Positions 17,109-27,216 are shown, counted from the stretch's first letter. The stretch is 64,000 nt of DNA from a virus (IMGVR_UViG_3300035188_001379:120466-184465), one strand, 5' to 3'. Numbers and translations are program-made. Notes: generated by a model not told the origin, from the sequence alone.

Positions 17109-17366
17109 ATGACCCCCGAAGAAGCATATATCGAAGGATTCGTGAAAAGAGCAACACAGTATGGACTTAGTGAAGCTGAGGCATTTGAGCTGTTAAAAAG
17201 CGCTGTCGACCAAGATGCAGTAGCACAACCTGGTATGAGATCCGCTACGGCTAAACCTGGTCCTGAGCGTTACGTACCTCCAGCTCCTCCTACTGGTGTG
17301 CCAGCAGTCTCGCTTGACTCTTTAGATAGTCGTAAAAAGGGTCCCGTAGCGCAAAGAAGAAGATAA
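17109..17366 (+). CDS. Small GF-KRA module protein
   Basis: MTPEEAYIEGFVKRATQYGLSEAEAFELLKSA. Confidence 0.7.
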   Translation: MTPEEAYIEGFVKRATQYGLSEAEAFELLKSAVDQDAVAQPGMRSATAKPGPERYVPPAPPTGVPAVSLDSLDSRKKGPVAQRRR

Positions 17367-17370
17367 GCGT

Positions 17371-18642
17371 ATGAACAGACGCGAATTCCTTTACACTGGT
17401 TTGTTCGGTGGGTTAGGAATTGGTATGGGAGATCTGTTCAGACTAAGAGCTGAGTCATCTCTAACTGCGAAGGCCGCGTCTGTTATTCATATTTTCCTGC
17501 CTGGAGGAGCAGCAGCGCAGGAAACATGGGATCCTAAAGTAAATGCTCCTTCAGAGTATCGTGGGCCGCTAAAGAGTATTCCTACAGCTATTCCTGGGAT
17601 ACACTTTAGCGAGCACATGAAGAATACAGCTAGAGTAGCTGATAAGATCACTCTTGTGCGCTCTATGACTCATGGCGAAGCTGCTCATGAGCGGGGTACC
17701 ACCAGCATGTTTACAGGCTATAAGCCTAGCCCTGCTGTAAACTATCCTTCGTTTGGTAGCGTTGTGTCTCATGAGCTTGGAGGCGCTAATAATTTACCTG
17801 CATATGTATGCATCCCCCAAAAAATCAATAATAATGGTAACGATGTCGCTGGCAGTGGTTTTCTCTCTAACTCGTATGGTCCTTTCAGTCTTGGATCAGA
17901 CCCGGCGAGTAAAGGGTTCAAGGTAAGAGACCTTGACTCTAATGTGAGCGCTGATCGCTTTGAGCGTAGAAAGAGTATACTTGAAACAGTGGACGGTCAT
18001 TTCAAGTATATGGAGAGCACTGACGCGTTGGTGTCGATGGATACGTTCTACCAGCAAGCATATGCTCTGCTTAGCTCTGAGAAAGCTAGAGCAGCATTTG
18101 ATCTGACAAAAGAAACAGCAAAGACCAGAGAAGAGTACGGACTCTCTGAAGCAGGCCAAAGATTTCTTATGGCTCGTAGGCTTGTAGAGAGTGGTGTGAA
18201 GTTTGTGAGTGTCACATATGGAGGGTGGGACATGCACAACAATATAGGTGTACAGATAGATAAGCAGCTTCCAGCTTTTGATAAGGCTTACGCGGCCCTG
18301 ATTAATGATCTTGATCAAAGAGGAATGCTAGAGAATACACTGGTGATGGTAAGCAGCGAGTTTGGACGCACACCTAAGATAAATATGAACGCTGGGCGCG
18401 ATCATTGGCCTAGAGTGTTCAGCGTTGCATTTGCTGGAGGAGGATTCAAGAGAGGGCTTGTGTACGGAACAAGCAGTGTCACAGGCGATGATGTTGACAG
18501 TAACCCTCTGTCTGTAGAAAACCTTGCAGCTACCTTGTATCATCAGCTAGGTATCAACCCAGAAGGCTCTCTTATGGCTGATGGTGGACGCCCTGTAAAG
18601 ATTGTGTATAATGGTACTGTGATGCAAGAACTATTAGCATAA
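17371..18642 (+). CDS. DUF1501 family protein with Tat signal
   Basis: MNRREFL Tat motif; SVIHIFLPGG, QETWDPK, SMTHGEAAHERG, GGWDMH, SEFGRTP, GRDHWP. Confidence 0.88.
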   Translation: MNRREFLYTGLFGGLGIGMGDLFRLRAESSLTAKAASVIHIFLPGGAAAQETWDPKVNAPSEYRGPLKSIPTAIPGIHFSEHMKNTARVADKITLVRSMTHGEAAHERGTTSMFTGYKPSPAVNYPSFGSVVSHELGGANNLPAYVCIPQKINNNGNDVAGSGFLSNSYGPFSLGSDPASKGFKVRDLDSNVSADRFERRKSILETVDGHFKYMESTDALVSMDTFYQQAYALLSSEKARAAFDLTKETAKTREEYGLSEAGQRFLMARRLVESGVKFVSVTYGGWDMHNNIGVQIDKQLPAFDKAYAALINDLDQRGMLENTLVMVSSEFGRTPKINMNAGRDHWPRVFSVAFAGGGFKRGLVYGTSSVTGDDVDSNPLSVENLAATLYHQLGINPEGSLMADGGRPVKIVYNGTVMQELLA

Positions 18643-18644
18643 TT

Positions 18645-20006
18645 ATGAGCGACTGTGGTAATCATCCTTCTTTCTCTAGCCGAAGAGAATTTCTAAATGA
18701 TTTTGCATGGGGTATGGGCGGCTTATCGCTTGCCTCTATTCTAAATTTTAGTACTCATACGCTAGAGGCTAGCGGAGCACTAGGAGCAAAGAAACCGCAC
18801 TTTCAACCAAAAGCAAAAGCAGTAATTCAATTGTTTGCTAGTGGTGCTCCTAGTCATGTAGACACTTTCGACTATAAGCCAGAGCTGCAGAAAAGAGATG
18901 GAGAGAAGCACGATTATGGAAATCTGCTAGCTTCTCCTTTTGAGTTTAAAAGATTTGGTAAGTCTGGTATACACTATTCTGAAGTGTGGAGCAAGCTTGC
19001 CGGTCATGCTGACGACATCGCAATAATCAACAGCATGCAGACTCCAATACCTGACCACGGTATTGCTAGCAAGTTCCTACACACAGGAAGCTCTCAGTTG
19101 AGTAAGCCTAGTCTTGGTAGTTGGCTTGTATATGGGCTAGGTACATTGAATGAGAATATGCCAGGGTTTATCTCGTTAAACTCTTCTCCTGAGTCTAGGC
19201 AGTGTGCATTTCTTCCTGGGATGTATCAGGGTTGTAATGTGTCCTATCGCCAAGGCATGAATCCTAACGAGATTCTTGCAAATCTACGTAGCGAGTTCAG
19301 CACAATAGAAAGACAAAGAAGGCAGATCGATCTAGCTAGAAGTCTGAGTTTGGATCATATGAGCAAGCTGCAGAAAGACACACAGCTCGAGGCCAGACTA
19401 GAGTCTTTTGAAACTGCGTTTAAGATGCAGACCGAAGCCACTGACGCTTTTGATACGAGCAAAGAGAGTGAAGCTGTTAAAGACTTGTATGGCAGAACAG
19501 AAGAAGGCGCAAGAATGCTTGTGGCTCGTAGACTTGTAGAAAAAGGAGTACGGATGGTTCAGGTAAATGTAGGAGGCTATGATCACCACTCTGATATTAA
19601 AAATGCTATGAGTAATACGGCTCGTAGATATGATCAGGCATTTTCTGCGTTGCTTACAGATTTGAAGCAAAGAGGATTACATAAAGACGTACTTGTTGTT
19701 TGGGGTGGAGAGTTTGGTAGAACTGTAACTAGTGGAGGAGGTGCAGGTGCTCCTGGCAGAGATCACAACGGTAAAGCTTTTAGCGTCTGGATGAGTGGCG
19801 GTGGAGTGCAAGGAGGACAAAGATATGGTGAGACTGATGAGATAGGAGCTAAAGCTGTAAAAGACGTCACAGGCATTCATGATCTGCACGCTACAATTTT
19901 ACATCTGATGGGGTTTGACCACACAAAGCTTATCTACGAGTATAACGGAAGACCGTTCAGGCTTACTGATGTATACGGTGATGTGATTAAAGAAATCACA
20001 GGCTAG
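18645..20006 (+). CDS. DUF1501 family protein with Tat signal (second subfamily)
   Basis: SRREFL; AKAVIQLFASGAPSHVDTFDYKP, PSLGSWLVYGLG, YDHH, GEFGRT, GRDHN, HDLHATILHLMG. Confidence 0.88.
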   Translation: MSDCGNHPSFSSRREFLNDFAWGMGGLSLASILNFSTHTLEASGALGAKKPHFQPKAKAVIQLFASGAPSHVDTFDYKPELQKRDGEKHDYGNLLASPFEFKRFGKSGIHYSEVWSKLAGHADDIAIINSMQTPIPDHGIASKFLHTGSSQLSKPSLGSWLVYGLGTLNENMPGFISLNSSPESRQCAFLPGMYQGCNVSYRQGMNPNEILANLRSEFSTIERQRRQIDLARSLSLDHMSKLQKDTQLEARLESFETAFKMQTEATDAFDTSKESEAVKDLYGRTEEGARMLVARRLVEKGVRMVQVNVGGYDHHSDIKNAMSNTARRYDQAFSALLTDLKQRGLHKDVLVVWGGEFGRTVTSGGGAGAPGRDHNGKAFSVWMSGGGVQGGQRYGETDEIGAKAVKDVTGIHDLHATILHLMGFDHTKLIYEYNGRPFRLTDVYGDVIKEITG

Positions 20007-20043
20007 CTCTAGCAGTCTAAAACTAACCTAGAAATAATTTATA

Positions 20044-20490
20044 ATGCACAACACAACATCAGCAATAAACGACATAGAGAAATACGCAGACCCCACTAGT
20101 TCTAGGTATGGGAAGCTTTTGAACTGGCCTGATCCTGTATGGCCGATTTGGCACTATGGCATCGGGCTATCTGATACCTATATTTTTGATACTGGTAAGG
20201 GTTGGCAAGCCTTTCAAAGAGTAGATGCCAAAGAAGTAATTGGAGTCGATCATTTGCACCTAGCTTCAGTCGATGTGATTGACCGATTAAAAAAGGCTGT
20301 AGAGTGTTTTAAATCATGGAGCTATCATCTGCTGGGCTGGAATTGTGAACATATGAGCAGACTTGTAGCAACTCAAGAAGCTCGCTGCTATGCAATAGGA
20401 CCTGTACTAGGTTTGCGTTTAGCTGGTGACGGAGTAAACCACGACGCAGACAAGCTGTTTGCAGAATACATTAAAATTAAAGACAGCTAA
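20044..20490 (+). CDS. LRAT/NC-domain (permuted NlpC/P60) protein
   Basis: WHYGIG and YHLLGWNCEHM match the H...NCEH signature. Confidence 0.65.
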   Translation: MHNTTSAINDIEKYADPTSSRYGKLLNWPDPVWPIWHYGIGLSDTYIFDTGKGWQAFQRVDAKEVIGVDHLHLASVDVIDRLKKAVECFKSWSYHLLGWNCEHMSRLVATQEARCYAIGPVLGLRLAGDGVNHDADKLFAEYIKIKDS

Positions 20491-20494
20491 AATT

Positions 20495-21469
20495 ATGAAT
20501 AGTACTGAGGCATATCTTCAAAAAGTTGCTACAGCTTGGAAGGAGCGGCTTAGAGCTGGAGTACTAGGCACAAAATCTTTAGGTAAAATACTAGACCGGG
20601 CAGGTATGTCTAGACCTGATGAGGGAGTTAAAAGATTACACGAACGTGTTTCTCATCCTGCGTACGCTAAAGGGCAAGAGTATCATAACCCTATGAGAGG
20701 ACGCCCGATAAAACGTAACCCGAACTACACCTACGACAACACGCGCAAAGATCTGAAACAGATCAGCCGCGCGTTGGCTGACAGATCCGGTGAATACAGG
20801 TCATCTGATCTTTTCAGTATTTTTCCAAGCTATAAGGGGCATTTAGATAGAAGGATTGTTGACGGGTACACCAATTACATAGCACAGAACGCAGGTGAAG
20901 ATGGTGCTGTCTTGGCGAAGCTAGTAGCCAGACGGGATAAAACCCCCATTTCATCAAAAAAATTCATAGGCAGCAGTGAGGGAGTTATTCCTTACGATCG
21001 CAATAAGCCTTGGCATGAGCAACTTAAACAAACGCGACAATCACCATACGGAGCGGGTATGGCTCTCCAAGATATAAGTGCAGCATTAGCTCCTTTAGGT
21101 ATAGGGAGCCCTACTGCCAGACATGAGATTGCACATCTCATTGATAGTAGTCTTCCTCGAGCTGATAGGTTTGCTGTTTTGAAAGAGCTGCATCAAACAC
21201 TTAGAAGAAATCCTGAGGTTATGAGGGCTATAGCTAGGCAGGGTTTGGAGGGGTCTGTGTTTATACGTGAAGGAATGGCGCAAATGATAGCCAGTAAAGG
21301 CAATTCAAATTCTGCAAAAAGATTTATTTCTAAATATATTGATGCTGCGAAAAACTCAGGCATAGATGATTTGCTGCGGCTGCTTCCTAAATCCTTAGAA
21401 AAGGATCCTTCGGGGCGAGATGCTGCCGTAATAACTCAATTGATGCGTAACTATGAGCTTCGGGTTTAA
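20495..21469 (+). CDS. HExxH zincin-like protein, paralog of the C-terminal domain of 9246-13172
   Basis: YLQKVA-TAWKERL; RHEIAH...REGMA; shared AVLKELHQTL(K/R)RNPEVMR, GNSNSAKRFI, DPSGRDAAV. Confidence 0.72.
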   Translation: MNSTEAYLQKVATAWKERLRAGVLGTKSLGKILDRAGMSRPDEGVKRLHERVSHPAYAKGQEYHNPMRGRPIKRNPNYTYDNTRKDLKQISRALADRSGEYRSSDLFSIFPSYKGHLDRRIVDGYTNYIAQNAGEDGAVLAKLVARRDKTPISSKKFIGSSEGVIPYDRNKPWHEQLKQTRQSPYGAGMALQDISAALAPLGIGSPTARHEIAHLIDSSLPRADRFAVLKELHQTLRRNPEVMRAIARQGLEGSVFIREGMAQMIASKGNSNSAKRFISKYIDAAKNSGIDDLLRLLPKSLEKDPSGRDAAVITQLMRNYELRV

Positions 21470-21484
21470 GACAAGCTTGGCTCT

Positions 21485-21928
21485 ATGAAAAAGACATACG
21501 CTTGCGCTATATGCGGCAAGATCTGGAATAGACGTACGCTAAGGATGGAGCAGGGGAAAACCTGCAGTAAGAAGTGCGCAAGTATTAAAGGTTATTTGAG
21601 CGGAGACCGCAAAGAGACAGGTATAGAGCTCAAACTACAGTCGCTACTACTGGCTCTAGATATTGAATTTGAAACGCAGAAGCCTATCCTTGGGGTTACG
21701 ATAGCTGACGTGTTTATTCTACCCAACGTAGCTATATTTGCAGATGGCGCATACTGGCACGGAGACCCGATGACTCAGTATAAAGACGCAGAGAAAACAA
21801 AAAGGCTTAGGCGTGCAGGCTATGTTGTATTGCGGCTGGATGAGGAAGAAATCGAAGAAGACACTGAGCTTGTAAAATCTAAATTGCTGGAAGCGTATAA
21901 TTGTCGTAGAATAACAAAAAAACTTTAA
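21485..21928 (+). CDS. Vsr/DUF559-like endonuclease with N-terminal Cys motif
   Basis: CAICGK...CSKKC; ADVFIL...FADGAYWHG...GYVVLRL. Confidence 0.75.
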   Translation: MKKTYACAICGKIWNRRTLRMEQGKTCSKKCASIKGYLSGDRKETGIELKLQSLLLALDIEFETQKPILGVTIADVFILPNVAIFADGAYWHGDPMTQYKDAEKTKRLRRAGYVVLRLDEEEIEEDTELVKSKLLEAYNCRRITKKL

Positions 21929-21936
21929 ATTTAAAT

Positions 21937-22293
21937 ATGGCGACAACGAAACTATCAGAGCTTAACGAAGGGAAAAAACCAGAAGGACACAAAAGAAGTT
22001 CTCGCTGGGGTAAAACAAGAAAAGCTCATCTGAAGGAGAATCCTACGTGCGCGCTTTGCGGAGGAACTAAAAAACTGGAAGTGCATCATATTCATCCTTT
22101 CCATACACACCCAGAACTTGAATTAGAGGCAAGCAATCTAATTACTCTCTGCGAAGACAAAGGAGACGGAGTATACTGCCATTTATTTTTTGGGCATTTA
22201 GGTAGTTATAAATGCGTTAATCCTACAATTCGTGAAGACATACTTATCTGGAGAGAAAAGCTCGCAGGTAGAAATAAAGACTTCAGTTTGTAA
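21937..22293 (+). CDS. HNH endonuclease
   Basis: CALCG...EVHHI...NLITLC...CHLFFGH. Confidence 0.85.
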   Translation: MATTKLSELNEGKKPEGHKRSSRWGKTRKAHLKENPTCALCGGTKKLEVHHIHPFHTHPELELEASNLITLCEDKGDGVYCHLFFGHLGSYKCVNPTIREDILIWREKLAGRNKDFSL

Positions 22294-22323
22294 TTTAAGG
22301 CTGGTAAAATATTTAATTAAGTC

Positions 22324-22731
22324 ATGAATACCCAGCAACAAGCGTATATCTACGGATTCGTAAAAAGAGCAGCCGAGCACGGTGTTAGCGAAGATAAAGC
22401 TCTTGACCTCTTGAAAGAAAAAATGGGGCCTTTCGACGCTGAGCGTGCTGCCGACATGCTTGCAGCAGAGGTAAAGCTTAAAGCGTTAACTCACAATAAA
22501 AAAGAACACCCGTACCACTACTATTTAAATCCTTTTGTAGGAGGTCCTCTTACAGAAGTAATGACTAAGTTAGATAGACGTGGTTATGCAGGAATAGCAG
22601 ACGACGAAGTACTCGCACATCATTTAATTGGAGGGCCTTTGTTAAATATGTACAGGGGAGGAAAAGAAACAAGAAACAAGGTTAGAGAAAAGTTCAATAA
22701 AGCTGTGGAAGACTATTCTGGAGAAAAATAA
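22324..22731 (+). CDS. GF-KRA module protein
   Basis: MNTQQQAYIYGFVKRAAEHGVS. Confidence 0.7.
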   Translation: MNTQQQAYIYGFVKRAAEHGVSEDKALDLLKEKMGPFDAERAADMLAAEVKLKALTHNKKEHPYHYYLNPFVGGPLTEVMTKLDRRGYAGIADDEVLAHHLIGGPLLNMYRGGKETRNKVREKFNKAVEDYSGEK

Positions 22732-22754
22732 GGTTAATTTTAACACGCATACAT

Positions 22755-23492
22755 ATGAGCAAAGCTATACAATATCTTGAAAAACTGGCAGCAAAAAAAG
22801 AAAAAGAAAAAGAGCGGGGTATAGGGTTAAGTGGGGTAATAGGAGCTCCATTACTCGCTGCTGGTGTTTTGGGGCTGGCCGGCAGTGTTCCTGCCACTAA
22901 GATGCTTTTACGCGGAGCTCGGGTGCCAGAGAAAAAAACCTTACTGTCTAAGCTAATGCCTAAGAGTTACGATGCGCGGGATTTTGTTGCGGACTATATT
23001 GCTACAAGTCGCGGTGTAGGTCATACACCATATGCAAAGCCTTTAAAAGCGTACGCAAAGACACAAGCAAAGCCTTCTATCACATATCCAACAGCTGAAT
23101 TGGCTGTGAAAGAGATGGAAGACCACTACGATAGCTTCTTGTCTAAAGATCCAAGAAATGCGGTACGTAAATGGATTGATGAAGTGGTTGCACATAAAAA
23201 AGAAAATTTTATTAAAAATAACCCCGATTTTAAAGGAAACAGAATTACTCAAGATTTCGAAGCACGAGGACAAAAATTAAAAGATTATATAGCGCAACCT
23301 CACGAAGACACACTAAAACTTATAAGAGAAATAGAAGATCCTGAGCTTTTAAAAATGCTGATCAATATGCAGTCACAAAAGGCAAAGGTTTCTGGTTTTT
23401 ATGGTAAACTCGGTCTTGGTGGTTTAGGTTTGGCTGGAGTTGGGGCAGGGCTTGTAGGAAAAGAAATTTATGACCAGTCACAAAAAGAATAG
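22755..23492 (+). CDS. Protein with YLEKLA leader and two Gly-rich hydrophobic segments
   Basis: MSKAIQYLEKLAAK; GLSGVIGAPLLAAGVLG; GLGGLGLAGVGAGLVG. Confidence 0.65.
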   Translation: MSKAIQYLEKLAAKKEKEKERGIGLSGVIGAPLLAAGVLGLAGSVPATKMLLRGARVPEKKTLLSKLMPKSYDARDFVADYIATSRGVGHTPYAKPLKAYAKTQAKPSITYPTAELAVKEMEDHYDSFLSKDPRNAVRKWIDEVVAHKKENFIKNNPDFKGNRITQDFEARGQKLKDYIAQPHEDTLKLIREIEDPELLKMLINMQSQKAKVSGFYGKLGLGGLGLAGVGAGLVGKEIYDQSQKE

Positions 23493-25395
23493 CGAGAGTA
23501 ATTCTGAAAAAGCTGAAAACGCGCTAACCGTTGCCTCTGGTGGATTAGGGGCAGCGGCCTTGGCTAAATTTATATACTCTGGAGGTCTGCGCGGAGTAGA
23601 TCTAGATGCTGCGCCTAGTGTGCAGATTATGAGTAACAACGAGGGGTCTTTTGGTAATCAGGCAAAAGGACTAGAAAGTTTGCTGAAGGCCGAAGGCATC
23701 AAGACTGCCCCATTTTCATGGGGGTTTACTGGAGCAGGTGAACGTAAGCCTGGTTGGCAAAGAATTCTGCATGCTCCGTTTAGTGATGCCTCAATATATT
23801 TAGGACATAACACAAATGTTCTTAAACATCTAGCTGATATAGGTAAACTGAAGTATAGAGTAAATACTGACTTCAGAGAGGGTAATTTTTTAAGCCCTCA
23901 CATACTGCATCATGGCGGATCCGGTGAAACGTTAAAGCAAAGCTTGGCGCGTAAAATAATCTTACTGCTCGGAGGCGGAGATAAAATGGCGGTAAGAGAA
24001 AACCCTAAACACTACGATAGGTTTTTTACACCAGGAGACGCGTCGGAAGCAATGCCTGAGATGTATCAAGGTAAAAAACCGTCTGTAATGACGGGCAACA
24101 TACCTACAAGAGATATATTTGGAGAAACTCCATATAATGAAAAAAAATGGAGTCCAGGAGAAAAAATAAAAGCTATACTCACAACAGGAGGAGGCAACGC
24201 AATGCCTCAAGTTTTTGACGAGCTTGCCTCGGAGCATGCTGGGCTAGCCAAAGGGGCACCTAGACCATCTTTGTACGATGTAGATAAAAGATGGATATCT
24301 CCGAAGCCCTGGAGAAACTATGATGTAAAGAAAAAGTTTTTCATAGATGACATCCTTGAGAATTTAAGAAAAACGCATGGAAAAGATAACGTAGAATTAG
24401 ACTGGCTAACTGGGTATAACCCTAAAGTTACAGCGTGGCCAGGCAATGTAGAGCTTATGCATGAGCTTAGGGAGCATATGAAAACTCCTGAAGGTGCAGA
24501 AAGGTTCAAGGGATTGAACGTACTGGATCATATAGATGATATGCCTAAGGCTTTTTCTGATGCTCACTATATTTTTGCTACTCCGGGGAGTACTGTAGCT
24601 GAAGTGATGCGTATGCCTGGGGAGCATGTACCTAAACTTGTGAATATGCTTCCAAATCAGGAGGCGGAGGGGTACATGAATCACTTTACAACAAACGCAA
24701 ACGAGACAGTCAAAAAGTTTCCAGGGGCTAAAGTGTGGGATGCCACCGCAGAAGACAGAAATGCTGCTCTTGCTAAAATAATGGCAGAGCCTCACAGCAT
24801 AGCAAAAGGCAGAACTAAAGGCTACGAAACAAGCATGGGAGATATTGGGAGAGTTATTCGAGAAGACGTCAAACAAAACAAAGTTAAAAACATAAAAACT
24901 CTTTTGGCGCTTACAGGTGCAGGTCTTGGAGCTTTCGGATTATCCAGGGTAATTAAAAAAATAAGAGAGCTGCGTGCAAAAAAACCTGAAAAAGAAGAGA
25001 CAAAGCAAGCCGAGTTCTTTTCAAAGATCGCTAGCTTCATAAAAGCTTCAGGCAGCGACATCGATATCATGTTTGATAAAAAGGTAGAGACAAAACCTAA
25101 AGACCCTCTAGATGGCAGGCTTAAGAAGAACAAAGCTATTGTAGAGGTCAAAGAAACAGGGTTAGAGGAGCCCAAGCTGCACAAGCATAAAATAAAAATA
25201 GCTCTCGAGAAACTTAGAGGAGGAAAAGGAGACCGTAAATCAGACGAGTCTTTTTCGAGTAGTGAATTAAGAAAGGGAACCACACACGAGCTAGAGCATA
25301 CAAAAGATAAAGAGCTTGCGAAAGAAATCGCTAAAGATCATTTGAGTGAAGTTAAAGACTATTACTCGAAGCTACAAAAAGCAAATATAGACTAG
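23470..25395 (+). CDS. GT-B glycosyltransferase-like protein (MurG/MGDG-synthase-like C-lobe) fused to a DUF5661-like C-terminal domain
   Basis: LTTGGG; LDHIDDMPKAFSDAHYIFATPGSTVAE; C-terminal GTTHELEHT...AKEIAKDHLSE..DYYSKL (DUF name recalled, not searched). Confidence 0.6.
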   Translation: MTSHKKNSESNSEKAENALTVASGGLGAAALAKFIYSGGLRGVDLDAAPSVQIMSNNEGSFGNQAKGLESLLKAEGIKTAPFSWGFTGAGERKPGWQRILHAPFSDASIYLGHNTNVLKHLADIGKLKYRVNTDFREGNFLSPHILHHGGSGETLKQSLARKIILLLGGGDKMAVRENPKHYDRFFTPGDASEAMPEMYQGKKPSVMTGNIPTRDIFGETPYNEKKWSPGEKIKAILTTGGGNAMPQVFDELASEHAGLAKGAPRPSLYDVDKRWISPKPWRNYDVKKKFFIDDILENLRKTHGKDNVELDWLTGYNPKVTAWPGNVELMHELREHMKTPEGAERFKGLNVLDHIDDMPKAFSDAHYIFATPGSTVAEVMRMPGEHVPKLVNMLPNQEAEGYMNHFTTNANETVKKFPGAKVWDATAEDRNAALAKIMAEPHSIAKGRTKGYETSMGDIGRVIREDVKQNKVKNIKTLLALTGAGLGAFGLSRVIKKIRELRAKKPEKEETKQAEFFSKIASFIKASGSDIDIMFDKKVETKPKDPLDGRLKKNKAIVEVKETGLEEPKLHKHKIKIALEKLRGGKGDRKSDESFSSSELRKGTTHELEHTKDKELAKEIAKDHLSEVKDYYSKLQKANID

Positions 25396-25453
25396 CCTAT
25401 TTCGGTAGGAAATATATTGCTGTAGTTTAACTGATGGTATATATTCAGCCATT

Positions 25454-25834
25454 ATGGTGATGAAAAAGAAGAGGATACCTCAGTTCGACCCAGCTACAGC
25501 CTTATTCGACAACGACTTAATCCTGATTGATCAGGAAAACGTTACCAAGAAGGCATCGTTCAAGCTATTCAAAGATTCTGTTGGCGGTAACGGCGGAGGA
25601 GGATCACGTAACACCACAACATATTATTTTGTCGGAGACGGTATCAAAAAAACGTTTAACCCTGTGTCTTCGCTAGTCAGCACAGATGCTACAAAATGTT
25701 TGGTTGTAGTTGGTGGTGTTCCGCAACTAGCTAATATATCGTATGATCTAACTATGGACGCTGGAGGAACCCTGCGATTCATCGACGAAGCCCCTCCTGA
25801 AGGGCTTTCCATCTCTATACAAAGTTTTCAATAG
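25454..25834 (+). CDS. Small virion structural-type protein
   Basis: RIPQFDPAT...LIDQENVTKK anchor-like start; FVGDG...VVVGGVPQ...LRFIDEAPPEG, a beta module typical of myovirus fibre/baseplate proteins. Confidence 0.55.
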   Translation: MVMKKKRIPQFDPATALFDNDLILIDQENVTKKASFKLFKDSVGGNGGGGSRNTTTYYFVGDGIKKTFNPVSSLVSTDATKCLVVVGGVPQLANISYDLTMDAGGTLRFIDEAPPEGLSISIQSFQ

Positions 25835-25899
25835 TTCTTTATTTTAGATAAATAATCGGGTATGATAATGACTGTACCGAATTAACCTTTTAAAAATAT

Positions 25900-27216
25900 A
25901 TGCCATTAACAAAAGTAAGATACGACATGTTAGATCCGGAGATCACGCAAAAGATCTCTGACGCTGGGAGTCCTTTGGTCTTTACTCAAGACCCTAACAA
26001 TGCGAGCGCAAAAGCATTAACCAAGTTCAAAATTGACGGAGGTGAAAAGAACATTCGTAGTACAGCGTTCGCTGAAGGCAAGCTTGTGATTACTCTCGCA
26101 AGTTTTACACCTACAGTTACCCCTACAGGGCAGACTAATCTTGCTTGGGATAAGGCAGCTACTGAATTTACTGTAGTGGTTGATAATCCTTCTACCGATT
26201 ATCCTGATCAATGGCTTACTGAAGTTACCGCCATTGAGCAGACCGCTGGAGCTGTGTCTGTAGATTTGGATGACTACACACCCACTACACAACAAACCTT
26301 ACCTTTGACGGCTTCTGGCGATTTTACAGTAAAATATACTGCTGACAAAACCGTCAGCTATATCCGTCCTGTTCATGCTAGTGTTAACGGTACAGCTAAC
26401 GGCGGATCTGCAGGAGCTAATGTAGTGCTTAAGAGCAAGACAGGAACTGCCGATGCTGTTAACTGGACTACAAAGTATCCGTGGAGCACTACCTGGCAAA
26501 ACGTAAGTCACAGTATTTCACTCGCTAACCTGACAGGTAAAACATTCCTTAAGACCTACGATAAGGTTACCTTTACTGTGGCAAGTTCGGGACTTGACAC
26601 GCGCGGTAACGCAAACCACACATTCACAGTTACTGGAGGTACGGCAACCGAACCAGGAACTTCTGGCTCGTTGACAGGTGACTTCGAGTTCGATAAAGAA
26701 ATCAACCACAGCAACGGCGCTACTGTCAGAACTATCAGGTTAACAACTGAGTTTACAAGACCTGCTGAAGTTACAGGTACAGAGTATAAATTTACTCCTG
26801 GTGACGAGACTACGACAGCGATATCTGCCGCTTTTTCGTATCCTTCGTTTACTCTGATGAGCGCTTCTACTCCAACAGCAAATACAATCATCAGTGACGG
26901 CTCAACGACAGGGTTTAGTGGGGCTGTAGCTCTTCTCGGAGACCAGCAAAAAGCTTACACTACATCAGTAACTAATCCTGATGCGACAAACGCAACCAAG
27001 TTTTGGTTTGGTGTTAGAACAGCCGCAGGGGTACCCACTTCCATCAAAGGTGGAACATCTCTCATATCTGACGTGTCTTATGAAACAGCCACTATTACTT
27101 TAACGCCATCGAACACAAGCGATGCTGACAAATGGCAGAACTATAGCGGAGAAGGCTATACACTTATAGGGATTACAATACCTGGAGGAGCTAGCACAAA
27201 CATCATTATTTCTTAA
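25900..27216 (+). CDS. Thr-rich beta-strand structural or adhesion-like protein
   Basis: 438 aa, T/S/G/V-rich, within a fibre-like gene block. Confidence 0.55.
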   Translation: MPLTKVRYDMLDPEITQKISDAGSPLVFTQDPNNASAKALTKFKIDGGEKNIRSTAFAEGKLVITLASFTPTVTPTGQTNLAWDKAATEFTVVVDNPSTDYPDQWLTEVTAIEQTAGAVSVDLDDYTPTTQQTLPLTASGDFTVKYTADKTVSYIRPVHASVNGTANGGSAGANVVLKSKTGTADAVNWTTKYPWSTTWQNVSHSISLANLTGKTFLKTYDKVTFTVASSGLDTRGNANHTFTVTGGTATEPGTSGSLTGDFEFDKEINHSNGATVRTIRLTTEFTRPAEVTGTEYKFTPGDETTTAISAAFSYPSFTLMSASTPTANTIISDGSTTGFSGAVALLGDQQKAYTTSVTNPDATNATKFWFGVRTAAGVPTSIKGGTSLISDVSYETATITLTPSNTSDADKWQNYSGEGYTLIGITIPGGASTNIIIS

